Virus record (IMG/VR): IMGVR_UViG_3300032236_001859
Span: 124,001 to 188,000 of that record
Direction: 5' to 3' (one strand)
Length of the DNA: 64,000 nucleotides
A program made the position numbers and the translations under genes. Shown piece after piece: positions 46,601-55,226 of this stretch. Numbering within the stretch: position 1 is the first letter of the stretch; the number at the start of each line of letters is the position of its first letter. The notes under the pieces were generated by a model, which made no database searches, was not told the origin of the DNA, and saw only the letters and a program-made list of their open reading frames with translations.

Positions 46601-49071
46601 GCCCCCAGGTTTATGAGTAGACTGGAAGTCCCTGTTAGGTCTCCTTGACTGGCGACACCATTGTTGGTTAAGAATAGGGTGGGGCCAGACACCGAACTGC
46701 CCATCAGTGAGTTCGTGGCGACACCTCGAACCACGGTGACCCCTGAGTAGTCCTGCGAGGCTGCGATGGCGAGAGCCCCAACTGCGGCCATAGCTGAAGT
46801 GGGTATCACTGCTCCAGTGGCGACATCTAACGGATTCGCCCCTGTGAGTGCGTTGACTCCTGAAAGCAACATCGCACCGCCGTTCAGGGAGAAAGGGGGT
46901 GCAAACTTGTAACCAACGGTGCTGTTATATGGCGTTATCGACCCCGCAAAGGTGATAGTGGTATTGTTCGCGGTCGCCATGAATCCAAGACGAACATCCT
47001 TATTGAGGCCGGCTGCACTGAGATCAATGTTACCTGTCTTGTTATCCAGTGCTAGGATTGATTCAGTCTGTGTCGTGAATCTTGCCAGAACGGCAGCAGT
47101 GAATAAAGCATTGCTACCAAACCCGAAAACAATTCCAGCTGGAACCGTAATTGGATTTGGGGTAGCCGTGTTCCCACCTGTATTGGAGCCATCTGAGCCC
47201 ATCGCTGCCAGGGAGTCGAATCGAAAGGCACCCCGACTGGATGTATCCAGTATGAATCCAGCATCAAATGCGATGTTGGATCCCGCGAGTGCAAAGCGAT
47301 TAAAATTAGCAGAAACCCCGACACGTAGGACCAGGGGTCCTGCACCTCCGACATCCTTGGAGATCGCACCACTGAATATCGTTTCAGAGTTCTGAGATGT
47401 ATAGCTGCCAAGGGCACCACCTTTGATGCCTATAACAAGTGGATCAGTGATTGTAGCAGCACCACTCCGGCTGGCCTGATCGCGGATTCCACCCCCATTG
47501 ATGAGAACACTGCCGCCTCCAAACATGCGGCCTGAAAGTGCATTAGTTAATCCGGTTACCCCGAAAACACCTGAGCTCAGGGTAATCCCGCCTGTGTACC
47601 CCGTTGCCGTGTACGCTGCATGGACCTCAGCAGAGGGGGACATCGCCACTGTGATGGCCTGTGCGGAGGCCCCTATGGTCCCCAGGTTACCCGCACCCCC
47701 ACTTGGATACAGTCCGTTGAGCCCCCCATTACCGGATCCCGCGATGACAAGATTGGCATTGAGAGTGAGCCCCCCTGTGTACGTGAATGCCCCACCACCG
47801 GTCTGATTAAATGCTAGGGTGCGTGGACTCCCATTGATGGAGCTCAGAGTTGTCGCACTTACGGTGGCGCTTACACCCTGACTACTGCTGCCACCAAACG
47901 CCATGGTGCCAGTTAGGGCTGGATACGGGCGCCCAAGTGCCATCCCATTACCAGGACTAAAAAATAAGGCACCTGCACTTGGCAGTGACAGACTCGCGAC
48001 TCCAATGAAATCACCACTTAGAGTGCTTGTTAGACCAGCTAGACTGTTGAATGCCCAAGATGCCCCAGTCTGTGCACCGCGAATACCAATGGTCCCGCCC
48101 GCATTGATCGTGATACTATTGGTAAGTATTAACGATGGATTGCTGGCGTTCAGTGATCCCCCGTAATTGACAACATAAGCACCGCTACCCATCGCGGTCT
48201 GAGTGTTTGCAGCGAGGTTACCACCAACATTGTTACCCGAGAACGTGATACCGTCACCTACGGTAATCGCGCCTGTGTTCGTTGCGGCGTCAACTGTGGA
48301 GCCCTGAGTAACGGTTCCGGGGCCACGGTATGTGATCACGTTACTACCCCACTGCATCGTGGCATCAAAGGCGACGTTGCTGAGGGCTGTTATGATCACA
48401 GGGGCCACAATGGACTGACCGGCTGCGAATGCTAAGGAGCCCGCCGGGGAGATGTCACCAAGGGTGCATGAGCCTTCAATGCGAATTGTTGCCGTGAATG
48501 TACGACCGTTGTTATCCCCCATGCTGAGGCGGCCATTCTTAATAGTGATAACCCCTGTACCAAATGAATTAGCATTCGTGGAGAACACCCAAGCAGTGTT
48601 CCCATCGATGATGAGTCCTCCGCTACCAACACTGGAGGCACTTGTGATCGACCATGGCCCCGATTTTACGGTGAGAGTGTTTGTAAAGCGTAGTGCGGTA
48701 CCCATGGAAACCGCGCCTGCTGTGCTGTTGTCCCACTGTGCCCCTGGCGCGATTTGTAGATTACCTGATGCAAAGGTGAGTGTGCCATTGCGTACCAATA
48801 GATTACGGACTGTCTGGAGGCCATTCACGGTTACCGTATAGGATCCAGTTGCATTGCTCCCCGCAGCGAACACGGCATCACTTCCCTGGATCCATGCCCG
48901 TGTGGCCAGGAGACCCGCGGGATCCGTGGTCCAATAACTATTGGTCCCCCATGTCCCCGTCGCAGTCGTCGAGTTCGTGGCGCCGACACTGGTACCATTG
49001 GCATCCCAATACAGCGTAATCGGTGCGTACCTGTAGGAGGGGTAACAGATATTACCGGAGCCGATTGACAT
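43669..49071 (-). CDS. 1800-aa beta-helical adhesin / tail-fibre-like protein with autotransporter-associated beta-strand repeats
   Basis: TLYWDANG...GTW...W..GSDAVF N-terminus; repeats such as FTKFLANTVTLSNANN...YILAGTL, IKVGAGTL and LGGSG...SPG; C-terminal YDQL...FTIID...GVFNGLPEG...FTISYVGGDGNDVTLT. Confidence 0.75.
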   Translation of the reverse strand: MSIGSGNICYPSYRYAPITLYWDANGTSVGATNSTTATGTWGTNSYWTTDPAGLLATRAWIQGSDAVFAAGSNATGSYTVTVNGLQTVRNLLVRNGTLTFASGNLQIAPGAQWDNSTAGAVSMGTALRFTNTLTVKSGPWSITSASSVGSGGLIIDGNTAWVFSTNANSFGTGVITIKNGRLSMGDNNGRTFTATIRIEGSCTLGDISPAGSLAFAAGQSIVAPVIITALSNVAFDATMQWGSNVITYRGPGTVTQGSTVDAATNTGAITVGDGITFSGNNVGGNLAANTQTAMGSGAYVVNYGGSLNASNPSLILTNSITINAGGTIGIRGAQTGASWAFNSLAGLTSTLSGDFIGVASLSLPSAGALFFSPGNGMALGRPYPALTGTMAFGGSSSQGVSATVSATTLSSINGSPRTLAFNQTGGGAFTYTGGLTLNANLVIAGSGNGGLNGLYPSGGAGNLGTIGASAQAITVAMSPSAEVHAAYTATGYTGGITLSSGVFGVTGLTNALSGRMFGGGSVLINGGGIRDQASRSGAATITDPLVIGIKGGALGSYTSQNSETIFSGAISKDVGGAGPLVLRVGVSANFNRFALAGSNIAFDAGFILDTSSRGAFRFDSLAAMGSDGSNTGGNTATPNPITVPAGIVFGFGSNALFTAAVLARFTTQTESILALDNKTGNIDLSAAGLNKDVRLGFMATANNTTITFAGSITPYNSTVGYKFAPPFSLNGGAMLLSGVNALTGANPLDVATGAVIPTSAMAAVGALAIAASQDYSGVTVVRGVATNSLMGSSVSGPTLFLTNNGVASQGDLTGTSSLLINLGATVGLPGTAANYGRITVANLPITVMGSGTLNCGETIPNNEASNRNVTNRINPSARLILGGTTGGGTFNIPYPDAGAYTHSQTLYSLSIQAGISSISSSNIKASSVNLAFTGTAGGAGYTRAVGGVVNQFTNTGFIPSFTNAPTTAGGSSVSGAGGNALLIGATQGFVPGVDGGDYIAAASGTFGPPAYTSQNDCSLWAAGQNIKAGTLTGTIANDVAINSLRVTLGSGTITIATGKTLTVTSGMIASTINGVVAITGGALTTGNGLDLIVGSHQNSFIIASQITGGYAFTKFLANTVTLSNANNAIGDIYILAGTLTAGASGSLGGLTAPRTIYLMGGVLFFSHALDIYSNTNIVVGAAGGYIGTPNSAGTGAVIQGSVTLHGPLAVNPVNMTGRVELSGTISGAGSIRHVNSYGQGGDYSLLILSGDNSAWSGGFALQESGAQAGAINLRLAKGASAGTGPIVTGGKGGNLLLDTASISDSVYPNNFSLLGPLGLTVWSLGPGLSTSGGTRATLSGMFVGSSSVIFQGYATGDNAITELVLSGTYSMSGIPTAPFGGTAASNYGTSSLKQNLVNGYGGLTLGLFGVYPTVLPVGTATQGALGFIRFSGVNSFLPGAVGPGYISAVHRATDTVDHTAHFGFLLTATSGAGTTYQIPEGKSFLIGSLGTADPTLNKQIGGVLGASSDAGSGSNLATLLGSPKYAAGQTLAGMFGGDINIHANADTDNQVLKMFVRHAGDTMVLGSTETREVIFCPTWGDSGGQSCLTMVRKRTGATTLIKVGAGTLVIAEADYTHTDGTSARGSFTWSLVEGTLLYNHNDNDEGVRPDFAAFNVGAGTTLGGSGVLNSVVTVTSGTMSPGTPVATAALSMKSLNLNNSGATVILDLNGDAAGTQYDQLVIPSTGDGVVLNNATLSIRLGYSPAVGKVFTIIDRQSAGPVTGVFNGLPEGATVASTGTVRNFTISYVGGDGNDVTLTAQ

Positions 49072-49072
49072 A

Positions 49073-52000
49073 TCAGGGCACCTTGGCGTTCAGCGACATC
49101 GGGATGGCATCCCAGGTGACGCCGCCATCGAGGGTAGTCATCCCAATGATGTCGACCCCGGAAGCCGTGAGCACAGCGGCGATACCGCCGGACCAACGTG
49201 TATTCGCTGGGAAGTTGAAAGTCTGGGAACCCCCGTTGGTGATGTGGAGGACAACCGTCTTGGAAACCCCCGATGCCGGGAGGTTCGAGAACGCCAGGGT
49301 CACCGCTCCGGTAACCGTCATGGTGATCCGCGTCGCGGTGAGACAGTTAATCGTGATTGTCCCAGCACCCGTGTTACCAATTGCATTCACGGGTTCGTTT
49401 ACGTTTTTGATAATGAGTGTGCCGCCAACGGAGACGTCTCCGCCGGCGTATATGGAGCCCAGGAGACCCATGCCACCCGCTGATGTAATGGACCCCGTCA
49501 ATGTGCTCACCGATGCGGCCGCCGACGTGACTATTAAGGCGCCTGCCCCTGGGGACGCCGAAAACGCACCACCGATTTGAAGACCACCATCACCCCAGAT
49601 ACGAACCTTCTCAGTGGTCAAGATGGTGCCGGGGGTTGTTGTCCAGAGGCCGATGCGGGTGCCCTGTGCGGCGTCTGTCCAGTTCTCAGCAGTGAAGATC
49701 GAGACGAACCCACGCGCCGCAGATGAGTAACCCGTGGCCCCGTAACCCCACGCTGAGAGGTTGGTGATTTCATCGCCAGCCTGGAGTGCACTGGGTGCGG
49801 TCAGGGTACCCCGACATGCGCGTCCCGCGAATACCGCGTAACCGCCGCCGATGCCCATGGCGACATCGGCGAGAACACGGGTGACCCCTGCGTTACCATT
49901 ACCATTGATGACCTGTGCGATTGTACCCGCAGGGGCCGCTGGTGCCGTGATCCCTGTAGCCAAGACTTTGAGGCCACCAAGGGTGCCCACACCCCCAGCA
50001 GTGAGTGCGCCACCGACGTTGAGAGCACCGCCGATGCCGACACCACCGGTGACCACAAGGGCGCCATTGGCCGCAGTGGTCGATACCGTGGTATCCCCGA
50101 AGCGGACGAGACCCAGACCAGTCTGAATCGCGTAATTGGTTTGACCGAAAGTGATGTCCTCGAGGAGGAGCCCATAGGCCGTGGTCAGGGTTCCCGCGGA
50201 ACCCCCGAGGGATCCATAGAACAATGCCGCAGTGGTACAGGTACCCCCCGCGGTGTCCATGTAGAACTCGGAGTCGATGCCATAGAACCCACTAAGGGTC
50301 CCCGCCGTCGTCGATACCGTGAGATCCGCACGATACCCGTAAATGACTCCGAAGTTATATCCCCCGTACAGACGCTGGGAAACCGTGTCGCCCATGTATC
50401 GCCCATTACGGGATACCGTGGGGGTAATGTTGACTTCAAGGTAGCGTGCCGTGCGGTCCACGGTGGCATTAGGGGCATATGAGATGACTTGCTTGATGCC
50501 ACCGACCATGTTGAGCGCGGAGACCCCAGTGGCCCCCACGGCAACCGAGGTATCCCCAAGGGTGACCAAACCGGTACCCGTGTAGATCGCATAGTTCGTG
50601 GTGGCCCCAGTGATACTGGGGAGATAGAGCCCGTATCCTGTGGTGATGGTGCCCGCGGTGTACGACCAGTTGCCTCTGAACAACGATGCGGCACCAACTG
50701 TGGACCCCGCACAGTTGAATGATAACGAGGTCCGGTACCCAATAATCGAGTTGACTGTGCCTGCTGTCTTCGTGTCAGTCAGCGTGGTGTTCTCACCCAC
50801 TGCGATACTGAAGTCCTCGGCTCCCGTGAGTGCAATGGAGTGGTACTGACTATAGAACGCCCCAATCGAGGAACTCAAGGGGTTCAGGGTCACACTGTCA
50901 TAGATACCGTAGACGGTCCCCGTGAGATGCCCCAGGGTGCCATACAGGGTACGAATGCTGCCAGTAAGATTCAGGGCACCTGGAGTCGTGCTATCCGTGG
51001 TCGCCGTGCTCGTCGAGTTCAGGGTGCCCGCAGCAAAGATGTCTCCACCGGCGCCGATACCCCCGGCGACCTTCAGCGCACCGGTGACCGCGCTAATTGA
51101 CGCCGTCGTATTCGCAATGGTGAGACCACCAGTGGCCAGTGTGCTATTGTATGAGAAATTGGTGGATCCCGTGAGGATGCCGTCACCACCTCCAAACCCG
51201 ACGAGACCTGTGGCCAGCGCTGCCGTGATCGTGCAACTGAGAACCCCAAGTGCGGAGAGGTTGAGCCCAGTCCCGATCGAGATCTCTTCAATCGCACCGG
51301 GATCCGCGGAGAACCTGCCAAGGACTCGGGCTGTATTCATGGTGAGCCCAGAAGACCCCACGGCCCCATTGAGGGCACCATCAGTGATCCCATAACCACT
51401 CAGGGTGGTGGGGAGATCCGAACCAATGTGATTCCAGCTCAACGAGGGAATATCGGTTTCGACTAGAGCTCGGAACGCAGGGACTGCAGAGGATCCCAGG
51501 GGATCACTGGGCCCCGCGAAGACAAGACCCGGGGACTGAACCGCCCATTCCGCGCTGAGATCCCCTAACGTGGTCACCGGGGAGAACGTGATGCTGAACT
51601 CAGGTGGCAACACGAGTCCAACGGAGGTCACCGTACCGGTACCCAGGATGGGCGCCCATGCCGAACCCGTGTAGTGGACATAGGAATGCGTGGCGCGGTT
51701 GAAGACAAAAACGCCTTCAGCTGCTGGGGTGAACACCCAGGCGCCGTCACGATATGCGGCTAAAGCATTGGGATGCCCGAACCAGGCCCCCGTGGGGAGT
51801 GTGCCCGTGATCCAGCGCTGTTCTGCACTCGGGGACCCTGGGGGTGTATTTGTGATGGCTTGAACGGGGCCACCCCAGAACCCATCAGCGATTCTGCGAT
51901 CGACGACCTGACGTGTGGTCAAATGGGCATCTGCGGTAGCCGCGATACCCGCGATATTGGCTACGAAGGGGTGGAGACCGTCGGTGGTGACAACGTCAGT

Positions 52001-52093
52001 CTCCAGCGTGCTCGTCGCGATAGGATTTGTTGCGGAGACTCGACGCAGCTGCCTGCCGTCAAAGAATACCGGCTTCTGAGGAGTGCTTGGCAT
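49073..52093 (-). CDS. Tail fibre protein with N-terminal DUF2793-like domain
   Basis: TPPGSPSAEQRWI...PTGAWFGHPNALA..RDGAWVFTPAAEG (DUF2793-like); three ST.TGAL.V.GG.GIGG repeats; common phage fibre C-terminal domain (TLAFSN...NFPANTRWSGG...GVDII...DGGVTW). Confidence 0.75.
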   Translation of the reverse strand: MPSTPQKPVFFDGRQLRRVSATNPIATSTLETDVVTTDGLHPFVANIAGIAATADAHLTTRQVVDRRIADGFWGGPVQAITNTPPGSPSAEQRWITGTLPTGAWFGHPNALAAYRDGAWVFTPAAEGVFVFNRATHSYVHYTGSAWAPILGTGTVTSVGLVLPPEFSITFSPVTTLGDLSAEWAVQSPGLVFAGPSDPLGSSAVPAFRALVETDIPSLSWNHIGSDLPTTLSGYGITDGALNGAVGSSGLTMNTARVLGRFSADPGAIEEISIGTGLNLSALGVLSCTITAALATGLVGFGGGDGILTGSTNFSYNSTLATGGLTIANTTASISAVTGALKVAGGIGAGGDIFAAGTLNSTSTATTDSTTPGALNLTGSIRTLYGTLGHLTGTVYGIYDSVTLNPLSSSIGAFYSQYHSIALTGAEDFSIAVGENTTLTDTKTAGTVNSIIGYRTSLSFNCAGSTVGAASLFRGNWSYTAGTITTGYGLYLPSITGATTNYAIYTGTGLVTLGDTSVAVGATGVSALNMVGGIKQVISYAPNATVDRTARYLEVNITPTVSRNGRYMGDTVSQRLYGGYNFGVIYGYRADLTVSTTAGTLSGFYGIDSEFYMDTAGGTCTTAALFYGSLGGSAGTLTTAYGLLLEDITFGQTNYAIQTGLGLVRFGDTTVSTTAANGALVVTGGVGIGGALNVGGALTAGGVGTLGGLKVLATGITAPAAPAGTIAQVINGNGNAGVTRVLADVAMGIGGGYAVFAGRACRGTLTAPSALQAGDEITNLSAWGYGATGYSSAARGFVSIFTAENWTDAAQGTRIGLWTTTPGTILTTEKVRIWGDGGLQIGGAFSASPGAGALIVTSAAASVSTLTGSITSAGGMGLLGSIYAGGDVSVGGTLIIKNVNEPVNAIGNTGAGTITINCLTATRITMTVTGAVTLAFSNLPASGVSKTVVLHITNGGSQTFNFPANTRWSGGIAAVLTASGVDIIGMTTLDGGVTWDAIPMSLNAKVP

Positions 52094-52563
52094 TATTCGT
52101 CCTCACTGCTGTCTCGGCTCAGGAACTTGTTAAGAAGATATGCGGAGCCCAGGCCAAGGCCGGCGCCAGCTGCGGTGCCCCCTGCGGCGATCCCAGTGGT
52201 CTCCATGGGGGTGCCTTCGCCATAACGAGCATGCCGTCTCGCGAGTTCACCACCGAGGCCGGCGCCGAGTTCAGTACCTGCACCACCGAGAACCCCCGTG
52301 ATCGCACCCTTCATGGTATCCCGAAGTCTGTCACCCTTCTTCGCAGTCAGGTACTTGTAGGCACCGAGGCCGAGGCCACCGATGAGAGCACCCTTCCATG
52401 GCATCCCCATGCCCAGGGATTCCGCGAGACCGACACCTGGTGTCGGGTTGGGGGTCGGGAGATCATAAACTGGTACGGGTGGGCGAGGTGGTTGTGCCAG
52501 CAGTGGAGTCGCCTCTGCGGCGACTTTAACAAGACTGGTGGCCAGGAAGACGTCAAGTGTCAT
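52093..52563 (-). CDS. Small K-x-A glycine-zipper membrane protein
   Basis: LVKVAAE; GALIGGLGLGAY; GAITGVLGGAG; GGTAAGAGLGLGSAY. Confidence 0.7.
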   Translation of the reverse strand: MTLDVFLATSLVKVAAEATPLLAQPPRPPVPVYDLPTPNPTPGVGLAESLGMGMPWKGALIGGLGLGAYKYLTAKKGDRLRDTMKGAITGVLGGAGTELGAGLGGELARRHARYGEGTPMETTGIAAGGTAAGAGLGLGSAYLLNKFLSRDSSEDE

Positions 52564-53297
52564 AGTATGACCGCCATGCTGAAGTCGACGAGGGCACTGG
52601 TCTCAGTCAGCGCTCTGCACAGGGGAACCGCGACTTCCGCGGCGACCCCAACAGCATCTGGGTTGAGAACCCAACGCCCCGAGATATTGGAGAGATAGTA
52701 AACACGGTTCGGGATCAATGCGGAGACCCCGGTGAGATAACTGACCTCGCCTGATGTCAACTCGATGACATGCCCAGGAAGGATAACACCGAAGTCATCT
52801 ACTGGGGGATTCGGGGCTCCGGGGACCGTGGAACTCAGGAGCCCCAGGGGTTCATAGAGACCGCCGGCGATGGAACCCGCACCAGCGGTGGCTAACCCAA
52901 CTTTACCTGTGCTTGATGTCCGCATCGCGGAACCCTTGCGCAGCGCGATTGAAGCCGGGATGCCAGTGAACTGGGATCCCGCACTACTTCCACTTCCACC
53001 GGTATAGTTGTAGGTGACACCCCCGGTGTGATACCGCAGGGATACCACACCACCGTTGTCCAGGATCCAGAAGTCGCCTTCTTGAGGAGACGCGGGATCA
53101 CTGAGGAACCGTGGGATAACCATGCGGCCGTCACCACGAACCCCGTGCTTGACTATGCCTTGGTTTTCCCATTGATCCAACATGGAGGCATCGGGAACCA
53201 CGGTCTCCGTGTTCACTGATGCCGCGGGGCCCACGCCGGGGCGCAGAATCCTGCGCTCCCCATTGCCGGGGTTATTGACTGAGCGAATGTTCCCCAT
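52560..53297 (-). CDS. Structural protein (head-fibre/cement-like C-terminal domain)
   Basis: ATG 53297 preferred over TTG 53318. DPASPQEGDFW motif and a C-terminal LRKG...GKVGLA...LIPNRVYYLS..G domain resembling capsid cement/fibre folds. Confidence 0.55.
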   Translation of the reverse strand: MGNIRSVNNPGNGERRILRPGVGPAASVNTETVVPDASMLDQWENQGIVKHGVRGDGRMVIPRFLSDPASPQEGDFWILDNGGVVSLRYHTGGVTYNYTGGSGSSAGSQFTGIPASIALRKGSAMRTSSTGKVGLATAGAGSIAGGLYEPLGLLSSTVPGAPNPPVDDFGVILPGHVIELTSGEVSYLTGVSALIPNRVYYLSNISGRWVLNPDAVGVAAEVAVPLCRALTETSALVDFSMAVIL

Positions 53298-53368
53298 GTG
53301 CGCAGCGTAAGGCTTCAAGTCGACGAGGAAAGCCTATGCCCGCGCCCTGAACAGTCTCGACGTCGAGA

Positions 53369-53614
53369 CTATCCGGGGTCTTCAACTGAAATCGCTGACA
53401 GGGGATCCGGAGACAGGGCCTCCATCGACCATCCCGTGAGCCCCGACATCTTACGCAGTAAATCGATCGTGGGGGTCCGACGACTCGACTCGATGAGGCT
53501 GAGGTAGGAATCACTGACCCCAAGAGCGGCGGCCATGCGGTCCTGGGCCAGACCACATTCGAGGCGGGCCTGCTTCCAGGCCTCTCCGAGATTACGGGGC
53601 TGTGGCTTGTTCAT
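53369..53614 (-). CDS. XRE-family (Cro/CI) helix-turn-helix regulator
   Basis: LGEAWKQARLECGLAQDRMAAALGVSDSYLSLIESSRRTPTIDLLRKMS is a classic HTH_3 pattern. Confidence 0.92.
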   Translation of the reverse strand: MNKPQPRNLGEAWKQARLECGLAQDRMAAALGVSDSYLSLIESSRRTPTIDLLRKMSGLTGWSMEALSPDPLSAISVEDPG

Positions 53615-54390
53615 TGGAGCTTTCCTGACGCGAAGTCACGAATGACCTGCTTCGCCATGGGTAAGAAGTTCTGTACTGGGGTGCCCTCGGCGATGTCCAC
53701 TATGGCCGCGGCGAGTTGAATCAGGCTGGGGGACTTCAGCACCTGTGGTTCCCATGGTGTCATCACCTGTGGGGCCGTGAACTCAGTGGGTGCCGGGGGG
53801 AGATGATCGCCGACCTGGGGGAACGCAGGGGTCTGTACCAGGGGTACCGCGCTCAGGGGTTGGTTGGTGTTGGCCTGCCCTGGGGTGAACGCAGCACTGG
53901 CCCTGCAGGGATCAGTCACGCTGGGGCCAGGTGAAGTCATACCGTGGGCCACGCCTTGACCACCATCGACACTGTGGGCTTGTTCCGGGGGATTCATGAA
54001 GCCATGCTTATTGGTCCCCGCGGCTTCAGCGGCTGCCAGGGTCTCCGCAACCGTGGGGGCCGCCATGGGCGGTTTCGCCACGTTCTGGTGTGCTGGGCTC
54101 ACCTGGACCACGGACTCCCCTGCAGCGGCGTGTACCGCGGCCTGGATCTCGGCAACACGGTTGGGGTTGGCTTCCAGTGTGGTCTCAGGTGTGAAGTCAG
54201 GACCGTAGGCATTGGTGAGCATGCAGTCCCTGCGCTCCCCCACGATGCCAGGGATCCAGCGCCTGGCCTGCCCAAACATTGGGATACCCTTGGTGCACTT
54301 CATGACCACCAGCATCCCAAAGGGATCAATGGCGGCATGTGTGCACCCCGGAAAGTATCGTTCGAGTTGTTCCCAGTTATAGGATGACAT
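53611..54390 (-). CDS. Hypothetical protein (largely disordered, Pro/Ala-rich)
   Basis: 259 aa, ATGA-coupled to the XRE gene. Confidence 0.7.
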   Translation of the reverse strand: MSSYNWEQLERYFPGCTHAAIDPFGMLVVMKCTKGIPMFGQARRWIPGIVGERRDCMLTNAYGPDFTPETTLEANPNRVAEIQAAVHAAAGESVVQVSPAHQNVAKPPMAAPTVAETLAAAEAAGTNKHGFMNPPEQAHSVDGGQGVAHGMTSPGPSVTDPCRASAAFTPGQANTNQPLSAVPLVQTPAFPQVGDHLPPAPTEFTAPQVMTPWEPQVLKSPSLIQLAAAIVDIAEGTPVQNFLPMAKQVIRDFASGKLQ

Positions 54391-54396
54391 TGCATG

Positions 54397-54422
54397 CCCT
54401 CATGGCGTACAGCCTATGAGGG
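54397..54422 (-). promoter_or_regulatory. Hairpin that pairs the Shine-Dalgarno of ORF 53611..54390
   Basis: CCCTCAT-a-GGC-tgtac-GCC-ATGAGGG; the 3' arm holds GAGG and ends 6 nt before ATG. Confidence 0.45.
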
Positions 54423-54451
54423 TTGACTCTCTGTAAAGAGACGAAACGCAT

Positions 54452-54483
54452 CGAGGTCACGTCCCCTAGGAGACGTGACCTCG
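54452..54483 (-). terminator. Strong hairpin downstream of ORF 54504..54983 (terminator-like, weak U-tract)
   Basis: Perfect 12-bp inverted repeat CGAGGTCACGTC/GACGTGACCTCG with an 8-nt loop. Confidence 0.5.
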
Positions 54484-54503
54484 GTTCATGCACTCACCTG
54501 AGT

Positions 54504-54983
54504 TCAGGGAATGAAGGCGATGGCTTCGACGGCGACATCCCAACCCACGGTTTCCGCGGCGGCGCCGGTAACCTTGAGCTTGAGGACGTTGGTGTCGTTG
54601 AGCAAGGCAACCACGTAGGCGGCTTCACCGATGTGGTCAACCGCAGTGGGGGAGCCGGATTCCAGCAGGGTAACAGTGGCGCCGACGACCTTGACGAGGT
54701 AACGACGGATCTCAGCGGCGACTTTGGCGCCGTCGGATTTACGGGCCACAGCTTTGACTTCGATCAAGCTGACGCTGCCATCGGCGAAGATGCCAACGGG
54801 GAGGCGTTGGTCACCGTTCTGGAAGAGCTCGGTGGCCGTGGCATTGGTGGTGGTGCCGAGGAAGTTGAATTTCTCAACATTGCGGTTTTCCAGGGAGCGC
54901 TTGGTCTTGGCGCGGCCTGTACTGCGTTCGCGGGAATCCACGGGAAGGCGGAGAGCGCCGGCTTCATTGATACCTTTGGTCAT
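54504..54983 (-). CDS. Hypothetical beta-sandwich protein (probably structural)
   Basis: 159 aa; AGGAG SD. Confidence 0.7.
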   Translation of the reverse strand: MTKGINEAGALRLPVDSRERSTGRAKTKRSLENRNVEKFNFLGTTTNATATELFQNGDQRLPVGIFADGSVSLIEVKAVARKSDGAKVAAEIRRYLVKVVGATVTLLESGSPTAVDHIGEAAYVVALLNDTNVLKLKVTGAAAETVGWDVAVEAIAFIP

Positions 54984-55073
54984 GGGAAATCTCCTAGAAG
55001 AGTTGACGGGGACGTCGGTGAAGCCCCCAGCGTAAGCGAGATATCAAGTTGTGGAAGAGGTCATGGTGTCGCC

Positions 55074-55106
55074 AATAAAAAGGGCTCCCAGGTTTCCCTG
55101 GGAGCC
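55074..55106 (-). terminator. Intrinsic terminator downstream of the RNR gene
   Basis: 10-bp stem GGCTCCCAGG/CCTGGGAGCC, GAAA tetraloop, followed by CTTTTTATT. Confidence 0.88.
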
Positions 55107-55226
55107 ACCTCGGCACTGTTAAGCGCCACACCAATCATCTTCGTCGTCTGTTGAATCACCCACCCCTGAGGATTTCAGACGACTCTGAGAATCTACCAGG
55201 GGTTGGGAATCCGCCAAGGCCTCCGA

